From an uncultured delta proteobacterium (lineage in GTDB: Bacteria > Myxococcota_A > Polyangia > Polyangiales > Polyangiaceae): 64,000 bases of DNA. Each line of letters begins with the position of its first letter. Within the stretch, counting starts at the first letter, position 1. Where the stretch lies: NCBI GenBank assembly GCA_963841435.1, contig CAWJCS010000001.1, positions 224,001 through 288,000 on the forward strand, in the 5' to 3' direction. Under the pieces are notes generated by a model. It was not told the origin of the DNA. It saw only the letters and a list, made by a program, of their open reading frames with translations, and did no database searches. Positions 48,023 to 58,892 of this stretch are shown one piece after another. A program made the translations under genes and the position numbers.

Positions 48023-51000
48023 CTAGAAGCTGGCGGTCACGACGGGGACGCCGGGAAGCGATGCGTTGCCCGGCGGGCGGATGCCGCAGAAGCCCAGCGA
48101 GTAGGTGTGTCCGCCGGCTGGGATCTCCGCGCCCCAGGAATACTGGGGCGTGAGCGTCACCGTGCCGCTGAAGCCCGAAGTGTTCAGGTTCCAGTAGTTG
48201 TTCGGATCAATCGTGGTGCCGTTGAGGTTGACCACCGCCGACCAGTTGGTCGTCGCCATGGCCGTGGGGTTGGTGACCACCATCTCCACGCAGTAGCCCT
48301 CGGTCCAGGACGAGTACACGACGTAGCTGCCGTCCAGGCTGCCGCTGCCGCCGCCGCTACCGGAGCACGAGAGATTGGTGCTCTCGACGGACACGTCGTC
48401 GATGTAGAGCACGACGCCTGGGCGCGGCCCTTCCGCGTACAGGACGAGCTCACTGAGCTGACAGTTCGGGATCTCCACGCTGCCGGCGAGCTTGACCCAC
48501 TTGGTACTCGTGGCGGTGCGCTCGGCGACACGGGTGTACTCGGTCGCCGCACCCTGGCAGGTCGAGCGCAGCGTGAGGAGCACCGGCTCGTTCGGATCGC
48601 CCGTGATGCGCGCCCAGAGGCTCGCGGACAGTGTCTCCCCGGGCGTGGCAAGACCGGCCAGGTTGTACTGGGCACCGCTCCAGGCCTGAGTGCGATTGGC
48701 GATACGCAAGCTGCGCGCGCCGCCGTGCTTTTGCAGCGTGGAGGACGAAAGCGACGACCCGAGAGCGGTCCAGCCCGACGTGTTGGACTCGAAGCCCCGG
48801 TTCGTCACCAGCTCCTGCTCGGAAGTCGTGCAGGGGCAGGCCGTGGTCGGCTGCAAAGCGCCCAGCCAGTTGACGCGATACAGCGTGCCACCCAGGCACA
48901 ACCCCGGAAGCTCCGAGGACGTTCCCTGGTCCCAGTAGGGCAGGTTGCCGCTTTGCACGTACTGGTCCCAGCCGGTGAAGAGCGGCACACCCGGCACGCA
49001 GCCGGTGTCGTCCGGCTCCGTGGGACACTCGAGCCCGCTCACGAGAACGCCCGTTGCGTTGCCGGCACTGGTGCTCACGTTGCTCGTGTCGGTCGCCCAG
49101 TAGCTGCTGACGGCGTTGGCGTTGGTGAACCCAATCAGGCCGCCAACCTGGTCCGTCGTCCCGCTCACGGGGCCGATGGAGTAGCTCCCGGAAACCACGG
49201 CGGGGTCGTCGACGAGTCCCACCAGGCCGCCAACGGTCGACCCCGCCCCGCAGAGCTCGGAGGTGAAGCCGCTGGCAAAGCTCGCCGTGATCGTCGAATC
49301 GTGCTCGGCGATCCCGATGAGGCCACCGGTGTTACAGGTGCCGCTGTTGTTCCCCGCGACTTGCCCGATCGAGAAGGAGCCCGTGATCGTGATGCTTTCA
49401 CCGCGACCCACGAGCCCCCCGATGTTGCCGCCCGAAGTGACGACCCTGCCGGTGGAGTAGCAGTTCGTGATCGTCGCGCCCTTGGAATCGCCCACGAGCA
49501 CGCCGGTCATGGCGCCGTCGCCCCCCACTTCCCCCAGGTCGCCGACCACGCCGAGGTTGCGAATGTTCGCACCCCTGACGCCACCGAAGAGGCCGCTCTC
49601 CATCCCGCGGTTGACGTAGAGGTTCTTGATCGTGTGCCCGTTGCCCTCGAAGTTGGTCTGAAAGGCCATGCGCTTGTCGTCGCCCAGGTGACCGAGCGGT
49701 TGCCAGCCAAACCCTCCGTTCCAATAGTCGTCTCCCGCGTCGATGCCCCCGACACCGTCCGTGTTGAAGTCGAGATCAGCGAGGAGCTCGTAGCCGTTGC
49801 ACTCGCGCGCCAGAATGCCGCGCACGATCCGCGGCGGGCAGCCGGAAGCATCTTCGAGCGGGATACCGTCGCCGTAGAAGTCCTGGGTTCGCCGTGAGGC
49901 TCCGCTCGGATCGTAGTTGACGAACGCGAGATCCTCGAGCGTGTTGATGTCGATCAGGCCATCGGAGTCCAGGTCAACGTCGGGCTCGCTGTCGCCGTCG
50001 TCGTCTTGATCGACGAGATCGGCGATGCCATCGTTGTCGAGATCGTCGAGGCTCGGGTCGAGGCTGAGGCCCGAACCCGCCCGGCACGATGCGTTGCAGG
50101 TCGGATTCCAGGCATCGGGGAGACCGTCGAGATCCGTGTCGAGTGACGCGGCCACCTCGTAGGGGAATTGGTCGAGCACGAGCCCAGACCCCGAGCGGCA
50201 CTCTTCCTCACAGCCGTCGCGCCAGAAGTCGATGGCGCCGTCGCCGTCGGTGTCCAACGAAGCTGCCCAATTGTTGGGAAAATCGTCGTCCGCGTCGATG
50301 ACGCCGTCACCGTCGCTGTCGCGCACGATGACGCCCCGGATGCGAAGCGCCGGCACCTGCAAGGCGGTACCGAAGTCCCACGCCGGTTGGCCGTCGGAGT
50401 TGAGAGTGGCATCCCAACCCGCAAACAGCCCCGGCCGGCAGCCGGTGTCCCCCACCGAGGTTGGGCACTGGAGATCCGCGAGCGTAACGGCGGTCGCCTG
50501 GTCCCCACTAACGCTCGTCTTCTCGTAGCCCGTGGTGTCGGTCGCGTAGAAGCTCGAAACGAAGGTCCCCTGGCCGACGCCGAGCATGGCTGCCCCGGGA
50601 GCCGAGTCGCCGATCACCGCGCCCGAGATGTAGCTGTTGCGAATGAAGGGCGAGCCCACGCTCTCTCCAATCAGCCCTCCAAAGTGGGCCCCCTCGCCGA
50701 CGGAACCCGCCACGTAGCTATCTTCGATGCCGCCGTCGGTCATGTAGCCCACCAGGCCACCGATGTAGCCGTGATACCGAGACGAGACCGTCTTTCCGAG
50801 GACGAAGCTCCGCGCGACGAAGCAATCGTCCGCCTGCCCGATGAGGCCGCCTATCTCACCGCTCGGCTGCACCAGCAAGTCGGTGTAGCTCTCTTCGAGA
50901 TCGCTCCCGCTGCAGTTTCCGACGACCCCTCCGATCATTGATTCGCCGCCCGAATAGATTCTCCCTCGCTCCACGGACACTTGCGTGACGAAGCTCGCGC

Positions 51001-51595
51001 CGAGGGCAGCGCCGGCCAGCGTGCCGGTGTTCGGCCCCACGTCGTCCAGGTCAACGTCCACCAGATGCAAATTGAAGACGTCGGCTCCGTCGAGCACCGA
51101 AAAAAGGCCACCCGGAATGCCCCTGTCGAACTGCGGATAGTTCATAAGGCTTCCCCCGTAACCGACCTGCGTCAGGTGGCTGATCGTGCGGCCACCCCCG
51201 TCAAAGGTAGCTTGCAGCGTCGGAATCGGCTCCCAGCCGTCCCGCGAGATGTGGGTGAAGAAGTCGTCGTCGTCGTCAACGGTGCCGTTCCCGCTCGTAT
51301 CGAAATCCAGGTCATTTATCAGCACAAAACCGCTGCATCCCGCCGCGGGGCAGCCGCTGGTCATGCCGTAAATGTTGTCGCCGAGCGGCGCATTCCGGAT
51401 CGCATCGAGATCCTCGAGATCGTAAATCTCGATCAGCCCGTCCCCGTTCGCATCGGCCAGTGGCCGGGTGCTCGCCGCAAAGGTGCTCGTCGCGAAGCTT
51501 GCGACCAGCAAGAACGCCTTGACTGCGATCGCAACGCGGGAGCCCCCGCCACGACGCACACACGCCCGCACCCGAACCCCATTCATTTTTACCAT
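48023..51595 (-). CDS. Large secreted protein: two GLUG-like beta-helix modules, Ca-binding D-rich repeats, CBM4/9-like and CBM2-like domains
   Basis: SD GGAG; duplicated DGLI(E/D)I..LEDL...(D)LDF motif; GGLVG repeats; NRGFES...R..AWSG...YIDDVSV; SSWTEGYCVEMVVTN...W. Confidence 0.8.
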   Translation of the reverse strand: MVKMNGVRVRACVRRGGGSRVAIAVKAFLLVASFATSTFAASTRPLADANGDGLIEIYDLEDLDAIRNAPLGDNIYGMTSGCPAAGCSGFVLINDLDFDTSGNGTVDDDDDFFTHISRDGWEPIPTLQATFDGGGRTISHLTQVGYGGSLMNYPQFDRGIPGGLFSVLDGADVFNLHLVDVDLDDVGPNTGTLAGAALGASFVTQVSVERGRIYSGGESMIGGVVGNCSGSDLEESYTDLLVQPSGEIGGLIGQADDCFVARSFVLGKTVSSRYHGYIGGLVGYMTDGGIEDSYVAGSVGEGAHFGGLIGESVGSPFIRNSYISGAVIGDSAPGAAMLGVGQGTFVSSFYATDTTGYEKTSVSGDQATAVTLADLQCPTSVGDTGCRPGLFAGWDATLNSDGQPAWDFGTALQVPALRIRGVIVRDSDGDGVIDADDDFPNNWAASLDTDGDGAIDFWRDGCEEECRSGSGLVLDQFPYEVAASLDTDLDGLPDAWNPTCNASCRAGSGLSLDPSLDDLDNDGIADLVDQDDDGDSEPDVDLDSDGLIDINTLEDLAFVNYDPSGASRRTQDFYGDGIPLEDASGCPPRIVRGILARECNGYELLADLDFNTDGVGGIDAGDDYWNGGFGWQPLGHLGDDKRMAFQTNFEGNGHTIKNLYVNRGMESGLFGGVRGANIRNLGVVGDLGEVGGDGAMTGVLVGDSKGATITNCYSTGRVVTSGGNIGGLVGRGESITITGSFSIGQVAGNNSGTCNTGGLIGIAEHDSTITASFASGFTSELCGAGSTVGGLVGLVDDPAVVSGSYSIGPVSGTTDQVGGLIGFTNANAVSSYWATDTSNVSTSAGNATGVLVSGLECPTEPDDTGCVPGVPLFTGWDQYVQSGNLPYWDQGTSSELPGLCLGGTLYRVNWLGALQPTTACPCTTSEQELVTNRGFESNTSGWTALGSSLSSSTLQKHGGARSLRIANRTQAWSGAQYNLAGLATPGETLSASLWARITGDPNEPVLLTLRSTCQGAATEYTRVAERTATSTKWVKLAGSVEIPNCQLSELVLYAEGPRPGVVLYIDDVSVESTNLSCSGSGGGSGSLDGSYVVYSSWTEGYCVEMVVTNPTAMATTNWSAVVNLNGTTIDPNNYWNLNTSGFSGTVTLTPQYSWGAEIPAGGHTYSLGFCGIRPPGNASLPGVPVVTASF

Positions 51596-51651
51596 GTCGT
51601 CTCCTGGCGGCACGGGTAACCGAATTCATCTCCGGATGCAACACTCGATTG

Positions 51652-51669
51652 GGTGAGAGCGCTCACACC
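51652..51669. promoter_or_regulatory. LacI/CelR-type operator
   Basis: Near-perfect palindrome GGTGAGAGCGCTCACACC about 57 nt upstream of the CBM-bearing gene. Confidence 0.7.
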
Positions 51670-52025
51670 ATGCAACGATTCGTTGAAAATCAAACGACGT
51701 GCGCGCGCGGCCCAACGGCCTCGACTCGGCCGTCACCATGCGACGCGGCAACGCAACCAACCGCGTGAACGCCGCGTGCGATTTTCCGGCCGGCCCACCG
51801 AGGGACGCTCAGCGTCGTCGACGCTGACGCAGTTCGAGAAACGCGCGAGCCGTTTTCGACACAGCAGGTCAGCGTGTTGCTGGCCCACCGCCGTAGGGGC
51901 ATCAGCAGAGCGAACGGGAGCAAGAACGCAAACGCGCAAGTCCATCGCTTGAGTGCTGGTAGCGCTGCCCCGGGCGGTTTTTCCCGCTCCCCGGCGCGGC
52001 GCCGAGCTTGGGCTAAGCTCCAGCC

Positions 52026-52778
52026 GTGGCCGGGCGTGTCGCACCTCCGAGACGAGCTCGACGCACGGATGGCCGAAATCCGCACGCGGGCGCAGGCGCT
52101 GTCGCGTTTTTGCTCGCCGGTGCGCTCGGCTGCGCGCCGACTGCGCAGAGGGGCTCGGTCGAGATCCCGGGCCCGGAGCTGCCGCCCGCAGTGCTGGCCG
52201 GTGACGGGGCGCTCGACTGTTCGATCAGCAGCCGAGAGAACGGCCATCAAAAGCTTGCCCTGGCGGGTGGCCAGGGGCTCGAATTCAACGTCGAGGTCAG
52301 TCCGATTGTCGACGGCGTCGTGGAAACTCACGGGGCGGGCGCGGGCGGGTCGTACCGCTTCACCTCGCATCTCGCCAAGAGCGGCCCGGGAACGCTGAGC
52401 GGCGTCGGCCCCGTTACCATCGAGAAGCTCGAGACCAAGGTCAACGTGGCGATGCAGCGCTACGAACAGCCGAACGGCCCCGGAACCGAGCTCACCTTCC
52501 GCTCGGACGACATGTCGAACAAAGGCATGTACGTCGAGTTTGCCGGCGTCGCCGCCGCACGAAATGGCGATCACTACGCCTTTCGCATCACGCTCGGCAC
52601 CGCGGGCGCAGGCTCTGGCGGCCAGGTGACTCCGGCGAGCGATGCCGAGAGCGCGCCCATCGCGGCCAAGGTCGTGGAGATCCGGGCACCGACGACGACG
52701 GTCGTTACGGGGCCGACCCGCGTCGTCGTCGTCCCGAAGCCGACGACCATGGAGACTCGCATCAACAGGGTCCCGTGA
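52026..52778 (+). CDS. Hypothetical beta-rich lipoprotein
   Basis: ALGC lipobox; TAAGCT 6 nt before the GTG; GTGA overlap with the next gene. Confidence 0.7.
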   Translation: MAGRVAPPRRARRTDGRNPHAGAGAVAFLLAGALGCAPTAQRGSVEIPGPELPPAVLAGDGALDCSISSRENGHQKLALAGGQGLEFNVEVSPIVDGVVETHGAGAGGSYRFTSHLAKSGPGTLSGVGPVTIEKLETKVNVAMQRYEQPNGPGTELTFRSDDMSNKGMYVEFAGVAAARNGDHYAFRITLGTAGAGSGGQVTPASDAESAPIAAKVVEIRAPTTTVVTGPTRVVVVPKPTTMETRINRVP

Positions 52779-54103
52779 GCCTCGCCGTGCGCGCCGCTCG
52801 CGCGTGGGGGCTCGCCTTGGTTGCCCTCGTGCCTCTGGGTTGCGCGCGTGGAGCCCGCGTGCGCGGCGACGAGGCGGCGCCGCTCCCGCCCGGCGAAGCG
52901 CGAGACGCCCGGCGCGTGCCGCGGCCCCCGCTAGTTTGCACCATCGAGCCGCCGGCGCGCATGCCGGCTCGCTATCTGAGAACGCTGGAGTACGCACCGG
53001 ACGGTTATGCGCCCAGTGGTCGAGAACCGAGCTCGGACCTGTTGCTCGGTGATCTGCTGTTTCATTCGCCGCACACCCTCGGCCCCCGCGCGCTGTCACT
53101 CGGCATCTCCTGCAACACGTGTCACCCGAACGGGGCAACGCATCCGACCCTCGTCGTGCCGACGCTCAATGACGAGCCCGGCAATGTGGACGTGAGCACG
53201 GCGTTCTTTCGAGGCAGAAGCGACGATCGGATCGCGAACCCCATCAACATCCCGTCGCTCCGCGGCTGCCGCTACACGGCGCCCTATGGGCGCGACGGAC
53301 GCACTTTCTCGCTGGAAGAGTTCGTAGAGAACGTGGTGCAGACGGAATTCGACGGCCAGCCGCTCGACCACGAAGAGCTGTCGGCTCTGGCTCGCTACCT
53401 CTTGGACCTGGATTTTTTACCCAACCAAAACCTGAACACCAAAAGCGAGCTGACGGCTCGAGCCGGCGCCGAGGCCGCGCGCGGTGCAGAGGTGTTCGCG
53501 AGCCCGCGCGCGGGGTTCGGCGGAGCGAGCTGCGCGACCTGCCACCCGAGCTCGAGCTTCTTCACGGACGGGCGCGTCCACCGGTTGGGCACCGGCTCGC
53601 CGCCGTCACCGCATGCGCTCGACTCGGGCTACGAAACGCCGACCCTGCTCGGCTCGTCCGAGACGGCGCCCTACTTCCACGACGGCCGCTTCGCGACCCT
53701 GGGGGAGGTCATCGCGTGGTTCGATCGGAGCTTCTCGCTCGGCCTCACCTCGGACGAGCGCGCCGATCTTCTGAGCTATCTCGAAGCCATCGGCGCCGTG
53801 GACCGCCCGGCCGACGACCGCCCCCTCGCGCAGCGCCTCGATCAGACCTTTGCTTACCTCGATGTGTACGGCGCGACCCAACAGCGCGTGAACGTCGCGT
53901 CCGTCGACGCCGTCTCCTCCGCACTCGAGCACGCGCCGCGCCCGCTCATGACGCGCGTGGAGCAGGCGCGCTCGGAGCTCGAGCGGCTGCGCGCCGCGGC
54001 CGAGCACGGCGCGCCCTCGCCGCGAGACGTCGCGACCGCCCGCGCTCTGCGCCAGGAGCTTGCACGGCTGGCTGCGGACTGGGCCGGCCTCGGGAGGCGA
54101 TAG
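52775..54103 (+). CDS. Di-heme cytochrome c peroxidase/MauG-superfamily lipoprotein
   Basis: G..LFHS, ISCNTCH, NIPSLRG..YTAPYGRDG, SCATCH...FTDG, TPTLLG...TAPYFHDG. Confidence 0.88.
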   Translation: MSLAVRAARAWGLALVALVPLGCARGARVRGDEAAPLPPGEARDARRVPRPPLVCTIEPPARMPARYLRTLEYAPDGYAPSGREPSSDLLLGDLLFHSPHTLGPRALSLGISCNTCHPNGATHPTLVVPTLNDEPGNVDVSTAFFRGRSDDRIANPINIPSLRGCRYTAPYGRDGRTFSLEEFVENVVQTEFDGQPLDHEELSALARYLLDLDFLPNQNLNTKSELTARAGAEAARGAEVFASPRAGFGGASCATCHPSSSFFTDGRVHRLGTGSPPSPHALDSGYETPTLLGSSETAPYFHDGRFATLGEVIAWFDRSFSLGLTSDERADLLSYLEAIGAVDRPADDRPLAQRLDQTFAYLDVYGATQQRVNVASVDAVSSALEHAPRPLMTRVEQARSELERLRAAAEHGAPSPRDVATARALRQELARLAADWAGLGRR

Positions 54104-54159
54104 GCTCCCACCTACGGCTGTCTCCCTCGCAGGGCCAGAACGGGTAGACTGGCGAGCGC

Positions 54160-57100
54160 ATGGCTCAGGGTGCGTCGCCCCAGACTTCGTCGCTGGTCGG
54201 ACGCACGGAGGAGCTCGACACGCTCACGCAGGCCCTCGACGCGGCGGCGTCGGGGCGGGGGAGTCTCGCCCTCGTGTCGGGCGAGGCGGGCATCGGCAAG
54301 AGCGCGCTCGTGGAGGTGCTCCGAGAACGCGCCGAGCGGCGCGGGTTCAGGGTCGCCGCGGGCCGCGCCTGGGAGTTCGCCGACGCGCCGCCCTGGTTCG
54401 CCCTGCGCGCGGCACTGCGCTCGCTCGACATCGATCCCAAGACGTTCGAGGCGTCGGGAGAAGAAGGTGCGTTCCTGTTGTGGGAGCGCGTGCTCGAGGG
54501 GCTGGCCGCTCAGAGCCGCGAAGCGCCGGCGCTCTTCGTCGTCGAGGACGTGCACGCCGCCGATCTGCAGACTCTCGATCTGTTGGTCTTCCTCATCCAG
54601 CCACTCAAGGCGCTTCGCTGCCTGATCGTCGCCACCACGCGCCCCGAAGATCCGCGGCTCAACGATCGCACGAGCGACCGGCTGACCCGGCTTTTCCGCG
54701 ACGGTCTCGACGTGCGTCTTCAGCCGCTTTCCCCGAAGCTCGTCGAGGAGCTCGCCGCGCGCGTCGCCAAAACGCGCTTGCCCGAGGCGGCGATGACACG
54801 GCTCGAGGAGCTCACGGGGGGCAATCCACTCTTCGTCGTGGAGTACGCCCGCGCCCTCGCCGCCTCGACCGGTCACCTTGGCGCGCTCGGCAGCCTGCCC
54901 CCGACCGTGCGCCAGGTGGTGCTCGAGCGGGCGCGGTTTCTGCCCGAAGGAACGCAGCGGACGCTCAGGGCCTGCTCCGTTTTCGGGCGAGACTTCTCGG
55001 CGGCGCTGGTGGCCAAGGTCGTGGACGGCTTGCCTGCGAGCGCGATCGACGAGCTGATTCCGGCGTTGCGCGCCGGCATGGTGCTGGAGCTCGAGCCGGG
55101 GCAGTTTCGCTTCAGCCACGTCCTGGTCCGCGATGCGTTCTACGAAGCGATGGCACCGAGCGAGCGGGCCTCGCTTCACGCACGCGCGGCCACCGCCTTC
55201 GACACGACGGACGGCGGCGACGGGCTGATCACGGCGGCGCAGCATGCCCTCCGGGGTCTGCCGATTTCCGATCGCGAGCTCGCGCTGGGCCTCGTCGAGC
55301 GCGCCATCCGGGCGCTCGAAGCGCAGCGGGCCCACGACCGTGCGTTCGCGCTCTGCCGGCTCCGCGATCGAGCGCGCAGCGAAGGCACGCTGCCGGCCGC
55401 CACCCCCGAAGAGCTCCTGCATTCGGTGGCCCTCGCCCGCGCGGCGGGCCGTTTCGTCGAAGCCAGCGCCCTCTCGGAGCAGCTGCTCGCGCGGGCGCGC
55501 GCCGAGCACGATGCGCGCCTGCTCGCAAAGGCGGCGCTGGCGCTCGGGGCGGCGCTAAAACCCGGGATCGTCGACCGAACCCTGGTCGACGCGCTGACCG
55601 AGGCGCGCGCGGCGCTCGGCGAGGCGGAACCGAAGCTCGGCTGTCTGGTCCGCGCCCGGCTCGCGGCCGCCTTGCAGCCGGCGCCGGATCCGAGGGGACC
55701 CATCGCGATGGCCCACGCCGCCATCGCCGACGCGCGCGCGCTCGGCGACCCCGAGCTCTTGCGCGAGGTGCTCTTTTACGCAGGCTCCGCGCTCGTTGAT
55801 TCTTGCTCAGCCCGACGAACGGCTCGCCTGCGCCAGCGAGCTCCTCACGATCGCAGAGCAGACGGGCGACCACGCCCGCGCCCTTGCCGCCACCGTCAGG
55901 CTTGCCATGGAGCACGCCGGCAACGGCGACTTTTCGGCGCTCTCGGCCGACATCGAGCGCGCGCTCGGCCTCTCGGAGGAGCTCGGGCACGCCCCGCGTT
56001 ACCGCTGGCGTCCGCTCCTGCTCTCCTCCATGCAGGCGAGCGCCAGCGGCCGCTTCGACGACGCCGAGCGCGCCATCGTGGAGGTCAAACAGCTCGCCGC
56101 CCACTGCGACGATCCCGCCCTCGTCATGACGCTCCGCTCCCATCAGCTGCTCACCTTGCGCCTACAGCGTCGGGATCACGAGGTGGACGCCATGGTGCCG
56201 GAAATTCAGTCGCTCCTGGCGGGCTCGGCCCTCGCCGAGCCGATGACGGCCATGCTGCGCCTGACGATCAGCGCCCGCACCGAAGATCGAGAGTCCGCGC
56301 GGGCGGCCTTGACGAAGGTGGAGCCGTACATCGACAAATTCCAGGAAGACCCCGACTTCTGCGCGCTGCTCGCGGAAGGCGTGGCGCTAGTCGGCTCCGA
56401 CCCGCTCCGGCGCCGACTGCGCGCGCGCATCGAAGCGGGTTCCCCCGAGCTCAGCATGGGGCACGTCATCATGGTCTACGAGGGGCCCGCGGCGCGTGTG
56501 CTCGCCCTGCTCGATGCCGCGCTCGGAGAAGCGGACCGAGCGCTCGCGCGACTCGAACGGGCCCGAGAGATCTCCGCGGCGCGGGGTCACCGACCCTGGG
56601 TCGCGCAGATGGAATACGACACGGGCCGCGTGCTGATCGAGAGCGGCCGTGCTTCCGCTGCCCGGTCGCACCTCGAGCAAGCCGGAGCGCTCGCCGACGA
56701 GCTCGGCCTCGGGCCGCTCGCCGACATGGCGCGCGCGCGTCTCGGTGCGGCGCCGGCGGCGCGCGTCGACTCCGAAACGCCAGCCGAACGACCGAGCCTC
56801 ACGCTGACGCCAGAAGGAGACACCTGGGAGGTGCGTCACGGCCCGCGCTCGTTTTCGATCCGGGACACGCGCGGCGTGCAGCTCCTCGCGCGGCTCATCG
56901 AGCGACCCGGTGAAGAGATCCACGCCCTGGTGCTGAGCGGTGACGAGGGCCAAAGCCTCTTCGATGGCGACGCGGGTGAAGCGCTCGACCAGACGGCAGT
57001 GAACGCCTACCGCCGGCGGCTCGGCGAGCTCGAGTCGGCCATCGACGAAGCCGAGTCCGCCGCCGACCGCGGCCGGCTCGCGCGGCTCAGCGCCGAGCGC

Positions 57101-57304
57101 GAGGCACTCGTCGGCGAGCTTACGCGAGCCGTGGGCCTCGGTGGTCGTTCGCGCCGGGCGGGGTCGGCGACCGAGCGCGCGCGGGTCAACGTGCGAAAGC
57201 GCCTCAAGCAGGCCATTGCGAGCATCGAAGAAGTCGATGCGGGCCTTGGGCTCTACCTCACCCAGGCCGTGCGCACCGGAGCGTTCTGCTCTTTTCGTCC
57301 GTAG
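54160..57304 (+). pseudogene. Large AAA/STAND-like ATPase with TPR-like region and C-terminal putative DNA-binding domain; 1-nt frameshift near 55801
   Basis: LVGRTEEL, GEAGIGKSAL, VVEDVHAAD, TGGNPLFV, FRFSHVLVRD; second frame continues to ERARVNVRKRLK...VRTGAFCSFRP. Confidence 0.85.
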
Positions 57305-57334
57305 CTAAGCGACTGAAATAAAAGGGAAATTGTC

Positions 57335-57376
57335 CGTGACCCCGGGCGAGTCACGATCGTGCCCGCGGCGGTCACG
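57335..57376. promoter_or_regulatory. Tandem inverted-repeat operator candidate
   Basis: CGTGAC-N9-GTCACG followed by CGTGCC-N7-GTCACG between the regulator and the desaturase. Confidence 0.5.
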
Positions 57377-57401
57377 CCTCCCGTTCGAGAGGACAATTCC
57401 C

Positions 57402-58205
57402 ATGAACGAAAACACCGTCGCCCTGCTGATCCCCATCACCTACTTCGGCCTGATGCTGCTCGAGCGTCTCTGGCCGGCGCGCCCCCTACCCAAAGTGAAG
57501 CGCTGGTACCTGAAGGGCCTGATCTTCTTCGTGCTGGTGATGGTGGTGAGCGGCGTCGCGCCCGCGCTCGTCGCGACGGCCATCGGCGACTGGTCGCCGC
57601 TCGGCCTCGCCTCGCTCGGCACCTACGGCGGCGCGCTCGTGACGATCCTCGTCTCCGAGCTCCTGCAGTACGTCCTGCACCGCTCGTTTCACACCACGAG
57701 CGTCCTCTGGCGCTTCGTGCATCAGCTCCACCACAGCGCCGAGCGCCTCGACATTCCCGGCGCCGCCTTCACCCACCCGGCCGAGGTAGCCATCGGCGGC
57801 ATCGCGGCCACGCTCGTCACCATGGCGCTCGGCGTCACGCCCGAAGCCGCGGGCATTGCCGGCTTCTTCGGCGTCTTCAACGCCATCTTCCAGCACGCCA
57901 ACATCAAAACGCCGCGCCTGCTCGGCTACCTCATCCAGCGCCCCGAATCCCACTCCGTGCACCACGCGCGCGGCGTGCACGCCTACAACTACGCCAACCT
58001 CCCGCTCTGGGACATGCTGTTCGGCACCTTCCGCAATCCCGCCGACTTCGTCGAAACCCAGGGCTTCTGGCCCGGCGCCTCCAGCAAGCTCGGCTCCATG
58101 CTCCTCGGCCGCGACGTGAGCGAAGCCCCGACGACCGCCCCGACCTCGTCACGACGCGCCCCGGCGAGCCCCACCGAATCGACGCGAAGCCCAGTCGCCG
58201 CCTGA
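57402..58205 (+). CDS. Sterol desaturase / fatty acid hydroxylase family protein
   Basis: His boxes HRSFH, HQLHHS, QHAN, HSVHH; WDMLFGT; SD GAGGA. Confidence 0.93.
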   Translation: MNENTVALLIPITYFGLMLLERLWPARPLPKVKRWYLKGLIFFVLVMVVSGVAPALVATAIGDWSPLGLASLGTYGGALVTILVSELLQYVLHRSFHTTSVLWRFVHQLHHSAERLDIPGAAFTHPAEVAIGGIAATLVTMALGVTPEAAGIAGFFGVFNAIFQHANIKTPRLLGYLIQRPESHSVHHARGVHAYNYANLPLWDMLFGTFRNPADFVETQGFWPGASSKLGSMLLGRDVSEAPTTAPTSSRRAPASPTESTRSPVAA

Positions 58206-58316
58206 CCGCGTCGCACGGGCCCGCACCCGCCCCGGCCTCGAATGCTCCGCATCGCGCGGAGCGTCGAGTGCCGGGTCGAGGTCGTTCGGGGCTCCCTGAA
58301 ACACCTCCGCCGGGAG

Positions 58317-58892
58317 CTAGTCGGGCAGTCGTTCGTAAAGCTTTGCCAGATCGAGATGGGCACCCGAGGAGAGATCGAGGGCGCCAGCGGTAACGTCGCT
58401 ATATTCCCAAGCGCCGGATGGCAGGCGACGGTAGCGCTCGATACGAGGCTCGGACTGACTCACGAGCACGTACTCCTCGAGTGAAGGGATGAGTTGATAG
58501 TGTTGCCACTTGCTGCCGCGGTCCTCTTGTTCCGTGGATGGCGACAACACTTCGACGAGCACCGTCGGGTTCGTGATCGTCGCACCGAGCAGATCGGCGG
58601 GGTCGCCTTCGATGGCGCCGCACACGAGCGTTGCATCGGGGTACGTCGCCCTGCCGGTCGCGAGCACGCGGACCTTCTGATCGGACTGAAATGCGACGCA
58701 CTCGGAGCTCCGACCCTGCTCGAGCGCGGCGGAAACGCGCGACGCGAGGGCGTTGTGGCGACGCGAGCCGCCGGCCATCGCGAGGATTTCGCCGTTGTCG
58801 TATTCGTGCTTGAGCCCGCTGTCCTGCTCGTAGGCGAGGTACTCCGCGTAGGTGTACCGGTGCCGCGGGGGAGCAGCCCGAGCCATCGCCAT
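58317..58892 (-). CDS. Uma2 (DUF820) family endonuclease
   Basis: YAEYL...KHEY.NGEILAMAGGS..H, TYPDA, VEVLSPST...DRG.K...Y, LEEYVLVSQ. Confidence 0.93.
   Translation of the reverse strand: MAMARAAPPRHRYTYAEYLAYEQDSGLKHEYDNGEILAMAGGSRRHNALASRVSAALEQGRSSECVAFQSDQKVRVLATGRATYPDATLVCGAIEGDPADLLGATITNPTVLVEVLSPSTEQEDRGSKWQHYQLIPSLEEYVLVSQSEPRIERYRRLPSGAWEYSDVTAGALDLSSGAHLDLAKLYERLPD

Noticed and set aside
51700-52010. Small hairpins and short ORFs in the divergent intergenic region
   Set aside because: Stems are short and expected at this GC content; ORFs lack support
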